Source: a virus
Lineage: Duplodnaviria; Heunggongvirae; Uroviricota; Caudoviricetes
Direction: 5' to 3' (one strand)
IMG/VR virus record: IMGVR_UViG_3300030019_000007
Length of the DNA stretch: 64,000 nt
Shown: positions 28,565 through 38,635 of the stretch, in pieces
Position numbering within the stretch: position 1 is the first letter of the stretch
How the letters are laid out: each line of letters starts with the position of its first letter
Position numbers and translations under genes: made by a program
Notes under the pieces: generated by a model
The model's database searches: none
What the model was told of the DNA's origin: nothing
Seen by the model: only the letters and a program-made list of their open reading frames with translations

Positions 28565-30816
28565 GCTATATTTTTAATTTCATCATTTTTATTATTACTA
28601 TCTCCTAATTGTAGAACCTCTGCTTGAATTTGTTTTTCTTTTAAAGCAAGTTCTCTAGTTTTGTATTCTCTATCATCTTTAAGTTTAGTAGCCCCTTGTT
28701 CAGTCTTCATTTGCAATTCTCCTTGCTTAACTTGAATGTCTGTTTGATCTTGACTTTGAAGTTTAGTAGTAAGTTGTTGAATTTGACTTTGAGCTTCTTT
28801 CAGTTGTTGTGTTTGTTGTGCAACTTGTTGTTGAAGTTGTTGTGTAACACCTTGTTCTTCTTTTTGTTTCTTAATAGCATTAAGACCAGACTCTTTAAAT
28901 TCAGTTAAACTCTCTGTAGTAATAGTTTCAAAGAGAAGTTCAGGTTGTACTAAACCACCTTTCATTAGTTCCATAGTCATACTCTTAATTAACTCTATAT
29001 CTCTTGTAATTTGTTCACTATCTCCAATATGGATATCATGATCAGTAAAAGATAAGTGTTCTGGAAGCACTGTAAAAATTTTAGAGAGACGAGAACCTAA
29101 TATTAAAGAGCCTTTAAATTCTCCCTTTAAAGATTTTTTAGCCACATTCAACATATCTGTAAGAAGTTCTTTTACAACTCCATCTAATGTATTAAAGTAT
29201 TGCTTAGTAATAACTGCAGAATTTTTCATACCTACTGCAACATTTGTTACAGCATCTCTTTGTTCTATATCACCAAGTTTTTCTCTAAAGACTCCGGTAA
29301 TAGCTGAACATATATCTTCTGTTTGAGTTATAGCTAATTGTATAGCCTGAATAGATTGTCCTGAAACAGTGTCATCAAATCCAGCAAATGTAGTGTTCAT
29401 TGGTTGGCCTCTACCTTCTTGAGCCGAATTAAATAATGCTGTACCAGATTTTTTATAAGCTTTATATTTTAAAAGTCTTTCTTCTGGAGATGTTCCTAGA
29501 AACATTGGGAGAGTAGAGACATCCATAAAGTCCCCTTTAACACCAGAATTAGCAATTAAAGTATCACGATACCAATGTAATAAATCATATCTATCTTGTA
29601 AGTTAGCTGTGGATAATACCATGGAGAATGGTTTACCAGAACGTGAAGTCATTTGTATTCCATTAATAGTCAATGTACAACTATAAGGATCTTCCATACT
29701 ACGTACTACATCCTCATCTTTGCCCATATCTAAATAGATTTCTGAACCAATTCTAGCTCCTTTATATCTATCTAATTGATAATACTCTTCATCTCCTACC
29801 TCAATCTTATTATTTTCTAACCATTCCACATAATATACAGGATACCTATTGTTACTTGAAAAATTATCATTATAATAAGGGTAAGTTCCTGGAATAGTTG
29901 CTTCTACATTAGAAACAATACCTCCCGATTCTGCTCGTATATAATAAACATTATGAGAAAACGCTTCAAGGTTTACTCCTTGTAACATTTCTAATTCATC
30001 CTTGCTCATTTTATCTCCAAATTCAAAAATAATTTCTTCTTTAGACATGTATTTTACATACACTATTCTACGAGATTTATTTATATAGGGAGAGTTGGAA
30101 TTAATTTCAGGGAATACATCAAAGGGACTTAATACATCAACAGTTGGAATAGGAGATCCTTTTCTTTTAACTGTTTTATAGTAACACTGCCCTCCAATAA
30201 GTAAATCTTTAAAAAGATACTCTCTTTTTAAATTTAAATTGATTTCTCTAGATTGTAGGAAGAACTCAATCATATTTTGAGCCGCAATCTCAAATTCAGA
30301 AACAAAATCTCTCTTAGTAACTTCTTTTAATTTAGTAATCTCATCTTCTGTAGCATTATCTTCTGGAGGTGGTGTAGGATTATTAGGATCTTGAGGTCCT
30401 TGACCAAATATACCTTGAATATTTACAGATAATTGTTGTTTTAGTCTTCCTAATTCTGCTTGATATATTGCTTTTTGACTTTCTATTTCTATTTTAGAAA
30501 GAGTCTCAGAATCTTTACAAGTAATTTTAGGTTTAAGTTTTGATAATAGTAGTTCTCCTATTAAAGCATCCACATGTCTTTTAACTAAAGGTACAAACTC
30601 TATAGCAGTTGGTGTTCCTATACCAAAGTTTTCTTCTAGATGACGAAACTGATCCTTATCTCTAATACAATTATAGTAGTTATATGCTTTTCTTAAATAG
30701 TCTTTATCCATAACTAGTTCAGTAATAGCTTTATCTATAGTACTTTTTAAGTATTCTTCAGATTGTTTGTCCTTCTCAGATAATAATTCTGAGGAATTGT
30801 AGTTGAATATATTCAT
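28561..30816 (-). CDS. putative portal protein (751 aa) with a Gln-rich coiled-coil C-terminus
   Basis: Size and position (between the terminase and the scaffold/capsid genes) fit a portal. Call rests on inference only. Confidence 0.35.
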   Translation of the reverse strand: MNIFNYNSSELLSEKDKQSEEYLKSTIDKAITELVMDKDYLRKAYNYYNCIRDKDQFRHLEENFGIGTPTAIEFVPLVKRHVDALIGELLLSKLKPKITCKDSETLSKIEIESQKAIYQAELGRLKQQLSVNIQGIFGQGPQDPNNPTPPPEDNATEDEITKLKEVTKRDFVSEFEIAAQNMIEFFLQSREINLNLKREYLFKDLLIGGQCYYKTVKRKGSPIPTVDVLSPFDVFPEINSNSPYINKSRRIVYVKYMSKEEIIFEFGDKMSKDELEMLQGVNLEAFSHNVYYIRAESGGIVSNVEATIPGTYPYYNDNFSSNNRYPVYYVEWLENNKIEVGDEEYYQLDRYKGARIGSEIYLDMGKDEDVVRSMEDPYSCTLTINGIQMTSRSGKPFSMVLSTANLQDRYDLLHWYRDTLIANSGVKGDFMDVSTLPMFLGTSPEERLLKYKAYKKSGTALFNSAQEGRGQPMNTTFAGFDDTVSGQSIQAIQLAITQTEDICSAITGVFREKLGDIEQRDAVTNVAVGMKNSAVITKQYFNTLDGVVKELLTDMLNVAKKSLKGEFKGSLILGSRLSKIFTVLPEHLSFTDHDIHIGDSEQITRDIELIKSMTMELMKGGLVQPELLFETITTESLTEFKESGLNAIKKQKEEQGVTQQLQQQVAQQTQQLKEAQSQIQQLTTKLQSQDQTDIQVKQGELQMKTEQGATKLKDDREYKTRELALKEKQIQAEVLQLGDSNNKNDEIKNIA

Positions 30817-31343
30817 ACTTTAAATATTGTTGTATTAATTCTGTTGAACCAGCCTTTTTGAAATACTGTTAGTCTTGGATTTTTTGCTATGATTGAAAGA
30901 TAATATCCTTGTCTAGCTTCTTTATATTTTGCAATAATATCTCCAGGATAATTATTAGTTGTTTTAATAGTAATAGGTCCTATAGTTCCATCCTCAGTTA
31001 ATCCTAGGATTCTTTGTAGAAGTTTTACACCAGTTTTTACACCAGCATTTACGCCATGATCAAATATATGTAATTTAAGTTCTTCATTCACAAGTCCCTC
31101 AAAATGCAAAGGATCCCAAAAGAACTTTTTATAAAGTCCTTTGGAATCATTTACTGTAAGTGCTTTGATATCATCACCATCTATATCACCATCATGATCT
31201 ATATCGCCCTCTGCTAATACTAATCCTTTTAAAAATAAAAGTGAGATGCCATAATTGGTTTTACCACCTGGATCACTAGGATGGTCTACATAACCTCCCT
31301 CATGTCCTAATATAACTGCAAAGTAATCATCAAATTGTCTCAT
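30813..31343 (-). CDS. GH108-family lysozyme (peptidoglycan hydrolase)
   Basis: N-terminus FAVILGHEGGYVDHPSDPGGKTNYGIS matches the GH108 catalytic motif EGGYxxxxxDxGGxTxxGI. Confidence 0.65.
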   Translation of the reverse strand: MRQFDDYFAVILGHEGGYVDHPSDPGGKTNYGISLLFLKGLVLAEGDIDHDGDIDGDDIKALTVNDSKGLYKKFFWDPLHFEGLVNEELKLHIFDHGVNAGVKTGVKLLQRILGLTEDGTIGPITIKTTNNYPGDIIAKYKEARQGYYLSIIAKNPRLTVFQKGWFNRINTTIFKV

Positions 31344-31370
31344 TATTGATTAGTATTAGGTTATTAAAAT

Positions 31371-31799
31371 TTATTCTTTTATAAAATTTTCTAAGATACT
31401 AGAAGGTTGAAATTCCATCTCTGTATGTTTAACTTCTTCAAGGTCTAACATATATAGAGTAACGTCACTTTCTTTCTGTAAGAATTCATTATATTCTTTT
31501 GCTAATGTTGTATGTAATTCTTTTTCTTCTTCTGTTAGAGTTGCAAAGCCAAGTTGATAAGCATTGGTTTTATCTTCCAAATCTTTAACTAAGTCTTCTC
31601 CAGCACTATATGCTTTCTTTTCCAAAGCAATCAGTTCTTCAGAAATACTATCTTGAATAAGTTTAGTTGCTCTTTCCAATATACGAGCATTTTTCTTTAA
31701 GCCATAATTAAGATAAGTATTTTTTATCTTGTTTTTTGAAATATACTCAACTAGGATATTCAAACCTTCCCATAGGTTTTTAACTTCAATGTGTTTCAT
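31371..31799 (-). CDS. hypothetical protein (142 aa)
   Basis: ORF track. Confidence 0.45.
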   Translation of the reverse strand: MKHIEVKNLWEGLNILVEYISKNKIKNTYLNYGLKKNARILERATKLIQDSISEELIALEKKAYSAGEDLVKDLEDKTNAYQLGFATLTEEEKELHTTLAKEYNEFLQKESDVTLYMLDLEEVKHTEMEFQPSSILENFIKE

Positions 31800-31848
31800 A
31801 TTAAAAATTTATTAATTCATTTTACAAAAATACAAAATAATTTTATAA

Positions 31849-34086
31849 TTACCAAGTTGTTAAAGCACTTCTTACCCAAGTATTAGCATTTGTACAAACA
31901 TAAATGTAAGTTGCTGTTACTCTTATTTCACCTAATACTCCTGTTGCTGTTGCTGATGCTGGTGCTGTATTTAAAGCACTTATATTGTGTTGTGTTGCGG
32001 TAATCATACCAGAAATTGATTGACTTGTTGAAAAATTGTTGTTCTGATTTTTGTAGCATACATTAGTTAATATATTGGCTGTATTTATGTTATTAGCTCC
32101 AATATAAAATCCATTAGCTGATGTTACAGTACTTGCAGTAATAGGAACTGATGTTAAATTAAAATTCTTTTCAGTAAAAACCTTATACCAAGATGGTGAC
32201 CAATTTCCTGCGCTCTTATATCTCTGATAAATATCTCCATACCCTGAAAATCCTAATTGATGCGCATAATTAGAATCAGTGTATGTAGAAATTGTTAACA
32301 CACTATTTGCATTATTATCAACAGGAAATATATTTAAAGATGCTTGTAATATCTGTTTATAATTTAAGGTTAAAGCAACTGTATATGTGTTTAAATCAGG
32401 TTGTTGTTGAGTTGTTACTAAATCTTGATGCGTATGTGTTGTAACTGAATAAACTGTTGCATCACTTGAACCATCAGCTTTTAAAAATTGTGCTGCTGTA
32501 CCTCCCGTTTTTATAAATGAGGAAGTAGTTAAATTACCTAATACTGATACATTTCCTTCAAAATATGCAGCAGACATTCCAGTACGAGCAATTACATTTA
32601 ATTGATTTGTAGAACTTAATACATCGGTACCTATATTCACAGTTTGATTAGTATCGTTATTAATAACTAATCCTGAATTGTTTCCTATATATGTTTTTGT
32701 TGAAAACTTTAATGGAGTTCCTCCACCATTTCCGTTATTGCCTCCAACTGTTGCTATTGAAGCAAATGTTATAGAATCTTGAACTAAAACTAATGACCTA
32801 TAACCCGCATTTGTTGATACCTTATTATTATCAATTTGCATTAAGGTTCGTGTAAAGGTACTGGGTGCCCCAAAAGCAGGCGCAATTGAAAATCCTATAT
32901 TTACAGCTTGAAGATTATTATAGTCAATCAGCATTTGCCCCCTTGGATAACCATTCCCTGGACTATATGCTGTATAACTTACAGATGCAGATGTCACAGA
33001 ACTTTTTATTTCTCCATTAACAGTTAATGCACCTGTTAAAGTACCACCTGACAATGGTAAATAATTCAATGCTGGTATATCAGAACTTAATAATGCTTTA
33101 AAATTTAATCTTGTATTAGCTGAATCCCAGTATGCAAATTGGCCATTTGTCGGGGTTTCAATTCGCGTCGCGATCGGTTGCTCATTGCCTACATCACCAA
33201 CTCGCGCGATGCCGGCATTATCAAATACAAGGTGCCCGTCATTGACACCATCATACAGTTTCGCAAGAAATCCAGCATATGCCCCGTTTGCTAAACCTGC
33301 TATTGCACCATCCCTGAGAATTATATAATCCTTTTGTGTGTAAACCTGTTCGGCATGAGTTTCGTAATTAACCCCTGATTGAACTATACTTCCGTCAATA
33401 TGAAGTTTTCCGTCGTTGCTAGTGTAGACAAAAGGATTAGTCCCGTCTGGTTGGTATAGTTGATAATGCTTATGTCCTTTTAGAGAAATTACTTGTGGTT
33501 TAGTGATATCGCTATTATATAAAGATAGAGAATCTTCCTCTTTATTATAAAATACTCTACCTTCCATATAAGTTGGTAGTATATAAACTAATGGAATAGC
33601 ATTAGGGTTTTCTACTTGAGTTTGAAAATCAAGTGATATCATATGGGTTTCACCTTGAAAATCATTTAGACCTGTAAATAAGTTATCCTTTAAACCATAT
33701 ATTAAATCATCTACGGATATACCATGTACATCTCCAAATGTTATAATTGAGTGTTTATAAGCAGCATCCCAATAGGTATTATTGTATCCTACAATAGGAG
33801 TAATGCCTGAGAAAAAATTATCAATTTCCTTTTGAGTATATGAGGATGGACCTTCTAAATTACCCCAATATACAGTAAGACCATCTGTTAATAGTGATTT
33901 TCCTACATGTCCCTCAATTGAGGGGATAGGTGTAACTATAGATAGTTTTCCTTCTTTAATTATTAAAGATGGGTCTATTGTTAAAGAGATTTCTTTCGTC
34001 TCAATATTTATAAGTAATGGTAAAATAGCAGTTAACAACCCTGCTGGATTATCATTATTATTGTAGGATATAACTTGTAAACCCAT
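31849..34086 (-). CDS. putative tail fibre/spike protein (745 aa)
   Basis: Asn/Ser/Thr/Gly-rich, beta-rich C-half typical of receptor-binding fibres. Confidence 0.4.
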   Translation of the reverse strand: MGLQVISYNNNDNPAGLLTAILPLLINIETKEISLTIDPSLIIKEGKLSIVTPIPSIEGHVGKSLLTDGLTVYWGNLEGPSSYTQKEIDNFFSGITPIVGYNNTYWDAAYKHSIITFGDVHGISVDDLIYGLKDNLFTGLNDFQGETHMISLDFQTQVENPNAIPLVYILPTYMEGRVFYNKEEDSLSLYNSDITKPQVISLKGHKHYQLYQPDGTNPFVYTSNDGKLHIDGSIVQSGVNYETHAEQVYTQKDYIILRDGAIAGLANGAYAGFLAKLYDGVNDGHLVFDNAGIARVGDVGNEQPIATRIETPTNGQFAYWDSANTRLNFKALLSSDIPALNYLPLSGGTLTGALTVNGEIKSSVTSASVSYTAYSPGNGYPRGQMLIDYNNLQAVNIGFSIAPAFGAPSTFTRTLMQIDNNKVSTNAGYRSLVLVQDSITFASIATVGGNNGNGGGTPLKFSTKTYIGNNSGLVINNDTNQTVNIGTDVLSSTNQLNVIARTGMSAAYFEGNVSVLGNLTTSSFIKTGGTAAQFLKADGSSDATVYSVTTHTHQDLVTTQQQPDLNTYTVALTLNYKQILQASLNIFPVDNNANSVLTISTYTDSNYAHQLGFSGYGDIYQRYKSAGNWSPSWYKVFTEKNFNLTSVPITASTVTSANGFYIGANNINTANILTNVCYKNQNNNFSTSQSISGMITATQHNISALNTAPASATATGVLGEIRVTATYIYVCTNANTWVRSALTTW

Positions 34087-34099
34087 ATCATTTAATGTT

Positions 34100-34411
34100 T
34101 TAGTGTTGTTCTAGTTTTTCTTTAGCTTCTTTTTCCTCGGAACTTTCTGCATGAACTAGTTTAAAATAATCTATTGTGGGAAATCTTCTTTGTTTTAATT
34201 CTCTAATTGCAAAGTTAGTAAATTCTGTTAGAGTTAAGAATTGTCCTGAGATAGTAATAGGTTTATTTTCTTGGTTTAATACAAATTTACTTGTAAATCT
34301 AAAGATATCTCCATCATCATAATAGTCTATGGTAAAATCTGAGATATAATCTACATTAAAAGTATCTTTATAGAACTGTCTAATTGAGTCTTTAAAAGGT
34401 GTTGTGTCCAT
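34100..34411 (-). CDS. hypothetical protein (103 aa)
   Basis: ORF track. 20-nt overlap with the large-terminase ORF. Confidence 0.45.
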   Translation of the reverse strand: MDTTPFKDSIRQFYKDTFNVDYISDFTIDYYDDGDIFRFTSKFVLNQENKPITISGQFLTLTEFTNFAIRELKQRRFPTIDYFKLVHAESSEEKEAKEKLEQH

Positions 34412-36515
34412 ATAGTGCTGATTTTATAGCATCTTCTGCTTGTTTACTTTTTTGTATAATTCCGTATTGGCGTTTTCCATATTCATCAGTATAATAACCT
34501 ATGTCGTGCCATACATCTTCTTCTATCTTTTCTTGTTTAGGGGCAATTCCCATCATCTCTTCATCTCCAATCTCACACATAACCATAGAGGAAACAATAT
34601 CATAGTCTCCTTTCTTTTCCCAACTCCAATTTTGTAGTTGTTCAATTATCTGGATAAAATCTATAGTATGACAATAATCAATAATATAGTTTTCTATTAA
34701 TTCTATCCCATGCATAATCATTTTTTCAGTACCTTGTGTACCAAATGCATTAGGTGGATTTTTTATGTCACCTTGTAGAGCATATTGAGGACGTTTCATT
34801 AAGAGATGTATCCAATGTTTTTCTCTAAAATATCCAACAATTCCAATCTTTGTATCCTCTACATTAGCTTTACAATCATACATTATAAGTAATTGTGCTG
34901 CTTTAACATATGCTTCTCTAACGTCAAAGGGTCTATCCATATAAAAAGCAACATATTGATTACCCCCATTCATACCAAATGTTCTTTTCTTTATGGTAAT
35001 ACAAAACTTAGATCCATTTGTTACTATAGAATCTCCTGTACCTTTATCAATAGAGTCAATCCCAGCAACATATAAATCATGTATATGATTTCCCTTCTTA
35101 TCTTTAACAGGTTCCTCTACTATATAGGTAGTTCCTGTGGGATGTTCTATAAATTCAACTCCGATTATTTTAGTAGTTGCCATATTTTTAGCATCTTTCT
35201 CATAGGTCCATTTAGTATAACCGCGTTTTACTTTAGGAGTAGACTTATTAAATACTATTTCAGTATATTGATCTGCTAATTTTTCCTGATCAAAGTTATT
35301 ATTTCCTTGACGAGATAGAGCTTCTTCAGGATAGAAACAATATTCTGCACAATATTTTGAGTAGTCATTAAAATTCTTTATTTTAAGATCACGTGTTCTC
35401 TGATAATATGCTTTTCCTTGTTCTTCATTAGCTACTCCTCTACTATCCATAGCATCCATTACAGTGGCCCAAGCTGGTATAAAGTAACCAGTGTATGCTT
35501 CCTCTCCTTTCTTTGAGAAATGATGTCTATATGGAAGTACACTGTATGCTTTAGGATCAAGAAACATTCTTTCTAATCCCTCTAAATTTGGACCTTCAGA
35601 ACCTCCAGTTCCATAAGCTACACGAATACCATGTCGCCTACCATTAATAATTACAAGAGCTTCTCCTACAGTCCAAGAATCTGTAAGATATTTATTACTA
35701 CCAGATTCCTCATAAAACAATCTATCGACACGATCCCCTCTCAACTTATCAGGTTTATCTACAATCTGCCCTGAGAGTAGAGACATATGTCCATGAAGTT
35801 CACCGTTTCTATCTTTTAAAGCTGCTTGTTTTTGATAGGTTGTATCAGGTCCCATACGAACTCTTCTCATCCCACCATTTGTATTTAAGTTTAACCAGTC
35901 TAATTGTTTCCAACATTTTCCTAAAATACCCTTAGGTGGTTCAAGGAAACTATCAGCATAAGCTACATATAGAGCAGAGTAACCTTTAGTAGTTGTATAT
36001 GGGCGTACCCCTAAAGAAGCTGCAACCTCAGAGGCTCCAACTCCACGAGCTTTTAAAACAACTGCATCGTAGCCAAGTACTTCACAAAGTTCTATGTAGT
36101 GAAAAAACTCATAGTGACTTGCCCAGAAATCTGGACGTCCCTCAGCTCTACCAGCACCAGCTTTCTTAGTGTCTTTCGATTTTGGCATAGTGTAAAAGTT
36201 TAAGAAGAAATAATGGTCTCCTGTTACTCTATATCCATTTATTATTAGACCTTCATCTGAGATCTTATGTTGATTCAGCCACCAATCTCTATGTGCTTTA
36301 GATTGTGTTGGTAGTGTTGTGAATCTTTTAGTTGAATCATATGTTCTACCTACTTCTGTGAAAGGTGATGGATCAAAATCTAATCCTTGTGTTGCTGTGA
36401 TGGGACGGTAACCAGTAATTTGATAGGAAAGAGAAGCGTCAAAAAATGCATTTCCTTCCTTATGAAGTTTTAATATTTCTTCAGTGGTTATATCCCATTT
36501 TATTTTAGTAGCCAT
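34392..36515 (-). CDS. terL: terminase large subunit (T4-like / Terminase_6-like)
   Basis: Deviant Walker A LKARGVGASEV (compare T4 gp17 SRQLGKT). Walker B DRVDRLFYEESG. C-terminal nuclease-like acidic motifs LYVAGIDSIDKGTGDS and MVMCEIGDEE. Confidence 0.55.
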   Translation of the reverse strand: MATKIKWDITTEEILKLHKEGNAFFDASLSYQITGYRPITATQGLDFDPSPFTEVGRTYDSTKRFTTLPTQSKAHRDWWLNQHKISDEGLIINGYRVTGDHYFFLNFYTMPKSKDTKKAGAGRAEGRPDFWASHYEFFHYIELCEVLGYDAVVLKARGVGASEVAASLGVRPYTTTKGYSALYVAYADSFLEPPKGILGKCWKQLDWLNLNTNGGMRRVRMGPDTTYQKQAALKDRNGELHGHMSLLSGQIVDKPDKLRGDRVDRLFYEESGSNKYLTDSWTVGEALVIINGRRHGIRVAYGTGGSEGPNLEGLERMFLDPKAYSVLPYRHHFSKKGEEAYTGYFIPAWATVMDAMDSRGVANEEQGKAYYQRTRDLKIKNFNDYSKYCAEYCFYPEEALSRQGNNNFDQEKLADQYTEIVFNKSTPKVKRGYTKWTYEKDAKNMATTKIIGVEFIEHPTGTTYIVEEPVKDKKGNHIHDLYVAGIDSIDKGTGDSIVTNGSKFCITIKKRTFGMNGGNQYVAFYMDRPFDVREAYVKAAQLLIMYDCKANVEDTKIGIVGYFREKHWIHLLMKRPQYALQGDIKNPPNAFGTQGTEKMIMHGIELIENYIIDYCHTIDFIQIIEQLQNWSWEKKGDYDIVSSMVMCEIGDEEMMGIAPKQEKIEEDVWHDIGYYTDEYGKRQYGIIQKSKQAEDAIKSALYGHNTF

Positions 36516-36517
36516 AA

Positions 36518-37087
36518 TTAATAATCAAATAATCCGGGAACCGCATCCCCACGTAAATCCTTAGATTTTTCTCTCTCCTTCATAACCATGTATTGTAATT
36601 GTTGGAGTCCCTCAACAGTCTTACCTAATCCGGCTATCTCTGCCATGACATTCTTGGTCTGAAATATCGGTTTTCCCGCAAGATCTCTCTCAGTTAGATC
36701 CAAGGTATCAAAGTAAAGTCTAAGTTCATCTACGGCCTTGTATGCAGAGTTGAGCAACCTTAAAATTCTTGTGTCTTGCAGAGATTCATATTTTTCTATT
36801 GCTACTTTAACCAAGGGATCATTTGCCCACTCAGGTTTTATTTGACTATCTAATACAGCAGCCTCTTGTCTTTCCTTTAAAGAATACTCAGAGTAAGGAG
36901 TTTTCCAATCATATACTAAAAAGATATATGCTAACTCTCTTTGTGCCCGAATTTTATCAACTCCTTTGGTGTCCCCTGGCATCTTACAACGTTGTGTCTC
37001 AAACAAAGCCTTAAACTCTTTAATTAAAAAGACATCAGGTTTGTTGATTACTGGTTGCATATTTTCATTTATTGTAAATAATTCCAT
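36518..37087 (-). CDS. hypothetical protein, possible small terminase subunit (189 aa)
   Basis: Position immediately upstream of terL with a 3-nt gap. No motif evidence. Confidence 0.3.
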   Translation of the reverse strand: MELFTINENMQPVINKPDVFLIKEFKALFETQRCKMPGDTKGVDKIRAQRELAYIFLVYDWKTPYSEYSLKERQEAAVLDSQIKPEWANDPLVKVAIEKYESLQDTRILRLLNSAYKAVDELRLYFDTLDLTERDLAGKPIFQTKNVMAEIAGLGKTVEGLQQLQYMVMKEREKSKDLRGDAVPGLFDY

Positions 37088-37286
37088 ATTAATTCATTTA
37101 TTTTATTTCTCTATTTAGGGATACGAGTTGCACTTAATGCATCTTGGACGGTACGAAATTGTCTACCTCTCCAATTAAATTTCCGAACTCCCTTTAATTT
37201 ATTTTTGAGTAATGCTTGAGGATAAGATAGTTGATTATTTGAGGGTTCTTCCTCAGGTTTCATACTAAACTTTCCTCCTTGTTGCA

Positions 37287-38006
37287 TCACTTTTTTTTTG
37301 CTGATTTCTTTAAGTCTTTCAACTTTTTTAATTTACCTCCATCCTCAGAGTACATTGGTTTAGGTTGCCCAGGAGTAACTCCTGGTTGAGTACCTGTTGG
37401 AGTAAATGTTGGGATACTTTGCTTACCTAGTGTAGGAGTATTTTGCGCAGTTACTGGATTCATTGCTTGTGGAACTTGTGGATTTATTCCAACTTGTGCA
37501 GTCGGCATAGTCTGTGCAGTAGTTGTTGGGGCCATTAAAGATTTAGCAGTCCCAAGAATTTGAGATCCTGTATTAATTATATTACCAGCTTGTTGTATAC
37601 CTTTACCTATCTTCATAGCAGTTGAGGCACCCTGTGCAAGTTTGCCTGCTGTATTAGCACCAGCAAAAATTGCTTTAGCACCAGAAAGTATTGACCCTAA
37701 GAAAGCTTTAGGGACTGCTCCACCTTTTTCCATTTTCTTTCCACAACCACAGTTTACAACTCCACCTTTCTTTAAAAGATTAAGACATTTAAAGTAATCT
37801 AAAACTCCACCATCTTTATACTCAGATGTTTCACTTGAATAATTAGAATCTTCTACACCTCCACTTTGGTTTTTAAATTCTTGGTAAGCGGCTTTTAGTT
37901 TATCAGGTCCCATACCTGTGAGGGCTGCTTCTAAATCTTTTTGTGAACTCACTTTCAATTTCTTAGCCATGTACTGTAGAAATTCAGCACTCTCTTGTTT
38001 TTCCAT
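37287..38006 (-). CDS. low-complexity Gly/Ala/Thr/Pro/Gln-rich protein (239 aa)
   Basis: ORF track. Lys-rich C-terminus. Confidence 0.45.
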   Translation of the reverse strand: MEKQESAEFLQYMAKKLKVSSQKDLEAALTGMGPDKLKAAYQEFKNQSGGVEDSNYSSETSEYKDGGVLDYFKCLNLLKKGGVVNCGCGKKMEKGGAVPKAFLGSILSGAKAIFAGANTAGKLAQGASTAMKIGKGIQQAGNIINTGSQILGTAKSLMAPTTTAQTMPTAQVGINPQVPQAMNPVTAQNTPTLGKQSIPTFTPTGTQPGVTPGQPKPMYSEDGGKLKKLKDLKKSAKKK

Positions 38007-38073
38007 AATAATTGTTTATTTAAAATGACAAGAAAGGCCTAGATGAATCCAAACCTTTCTTTTTATATCTTGT

Positions 38074-38301
38074 TTATACTTTTCTCAAATCTTTTGTGGA
38101 GAAAACATTTTCTTGATATTCTCCTGTTGTGGTAAACCAATAACAGACAATACCTAAGAGAAAATCTTTCTTTAAATCTAATGGGTTAGGGCGAATCGTT
38201 TTAGAGTATTTCTTTTTAACCACCATAAGTGGTTTATTAGGAATGTCTTGTTTGATTTCGCAAATATCTCCTGGGAGATAATATACTTTAACTATTTCCA
38301 T
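38074..38301 (-). CDS. hypothetical small protein (75 aa)
   Basis: ORF track. Confidence 0.4.
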   Translation of the reverse strand: MEIVKVYYLPGDICEIKQDIPNKPLMVVKKKYSKTIRPNPLDLKKDFLLGIVCYWFTTTGEYQENVFSTKDLRKV

Positions 38302-38624
38302 TACTCAACTCCACATAGGACATTCTGTTCGTTTGTACAGAAGTAACCTCTACCATCAAATGGAATTGGGCGTAAACTTCTAGTATCAACATAAACATCA
38401 TCTCCGGTTACATAATACTTACACTCTGGTCCTACAGCAATAATTTCTGCGAGTGCTATAATTTCTTCTAAATTTTTTTCAACTTGCCCAGTCTCTTGTG
38501 AGAAATGTAAACCATCCTCGGGAAGAATAAGACCACTAGCGGTTACTTTTTTTCTGTACTTGTTGTCGACTACTTTAATCACTATATTGGAGTGATTAAC
38601 TTTTAACGTTCTTTCATTACTCAT
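38301..38624 (-). CDS. GroES-like co-chaperonin (Hsp10 / T4 gp31 analogue)
   Basis: LKVNHSNIVIKVVD...ASGLILPE...GEIIAVGPE...VTGDDVYVD aligns by eye with GroES IRPLHDRVIVKR...AGGIVL...GEVLAVGNG...VGDIVIF. Confidence 0.55.
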   Translation of the reverse strand: MSNERTLKVNHSNIVIKVVDNKYRKKVTASGLILPEDGLHFSQETGQVEKNLEEIIALAEIIAVGPECKYYVTGDDVYVDTRSLRPIPFDGRGYFCTNEQNVLCGVE

Positions 38625-38635
38625 AATTCATTATT

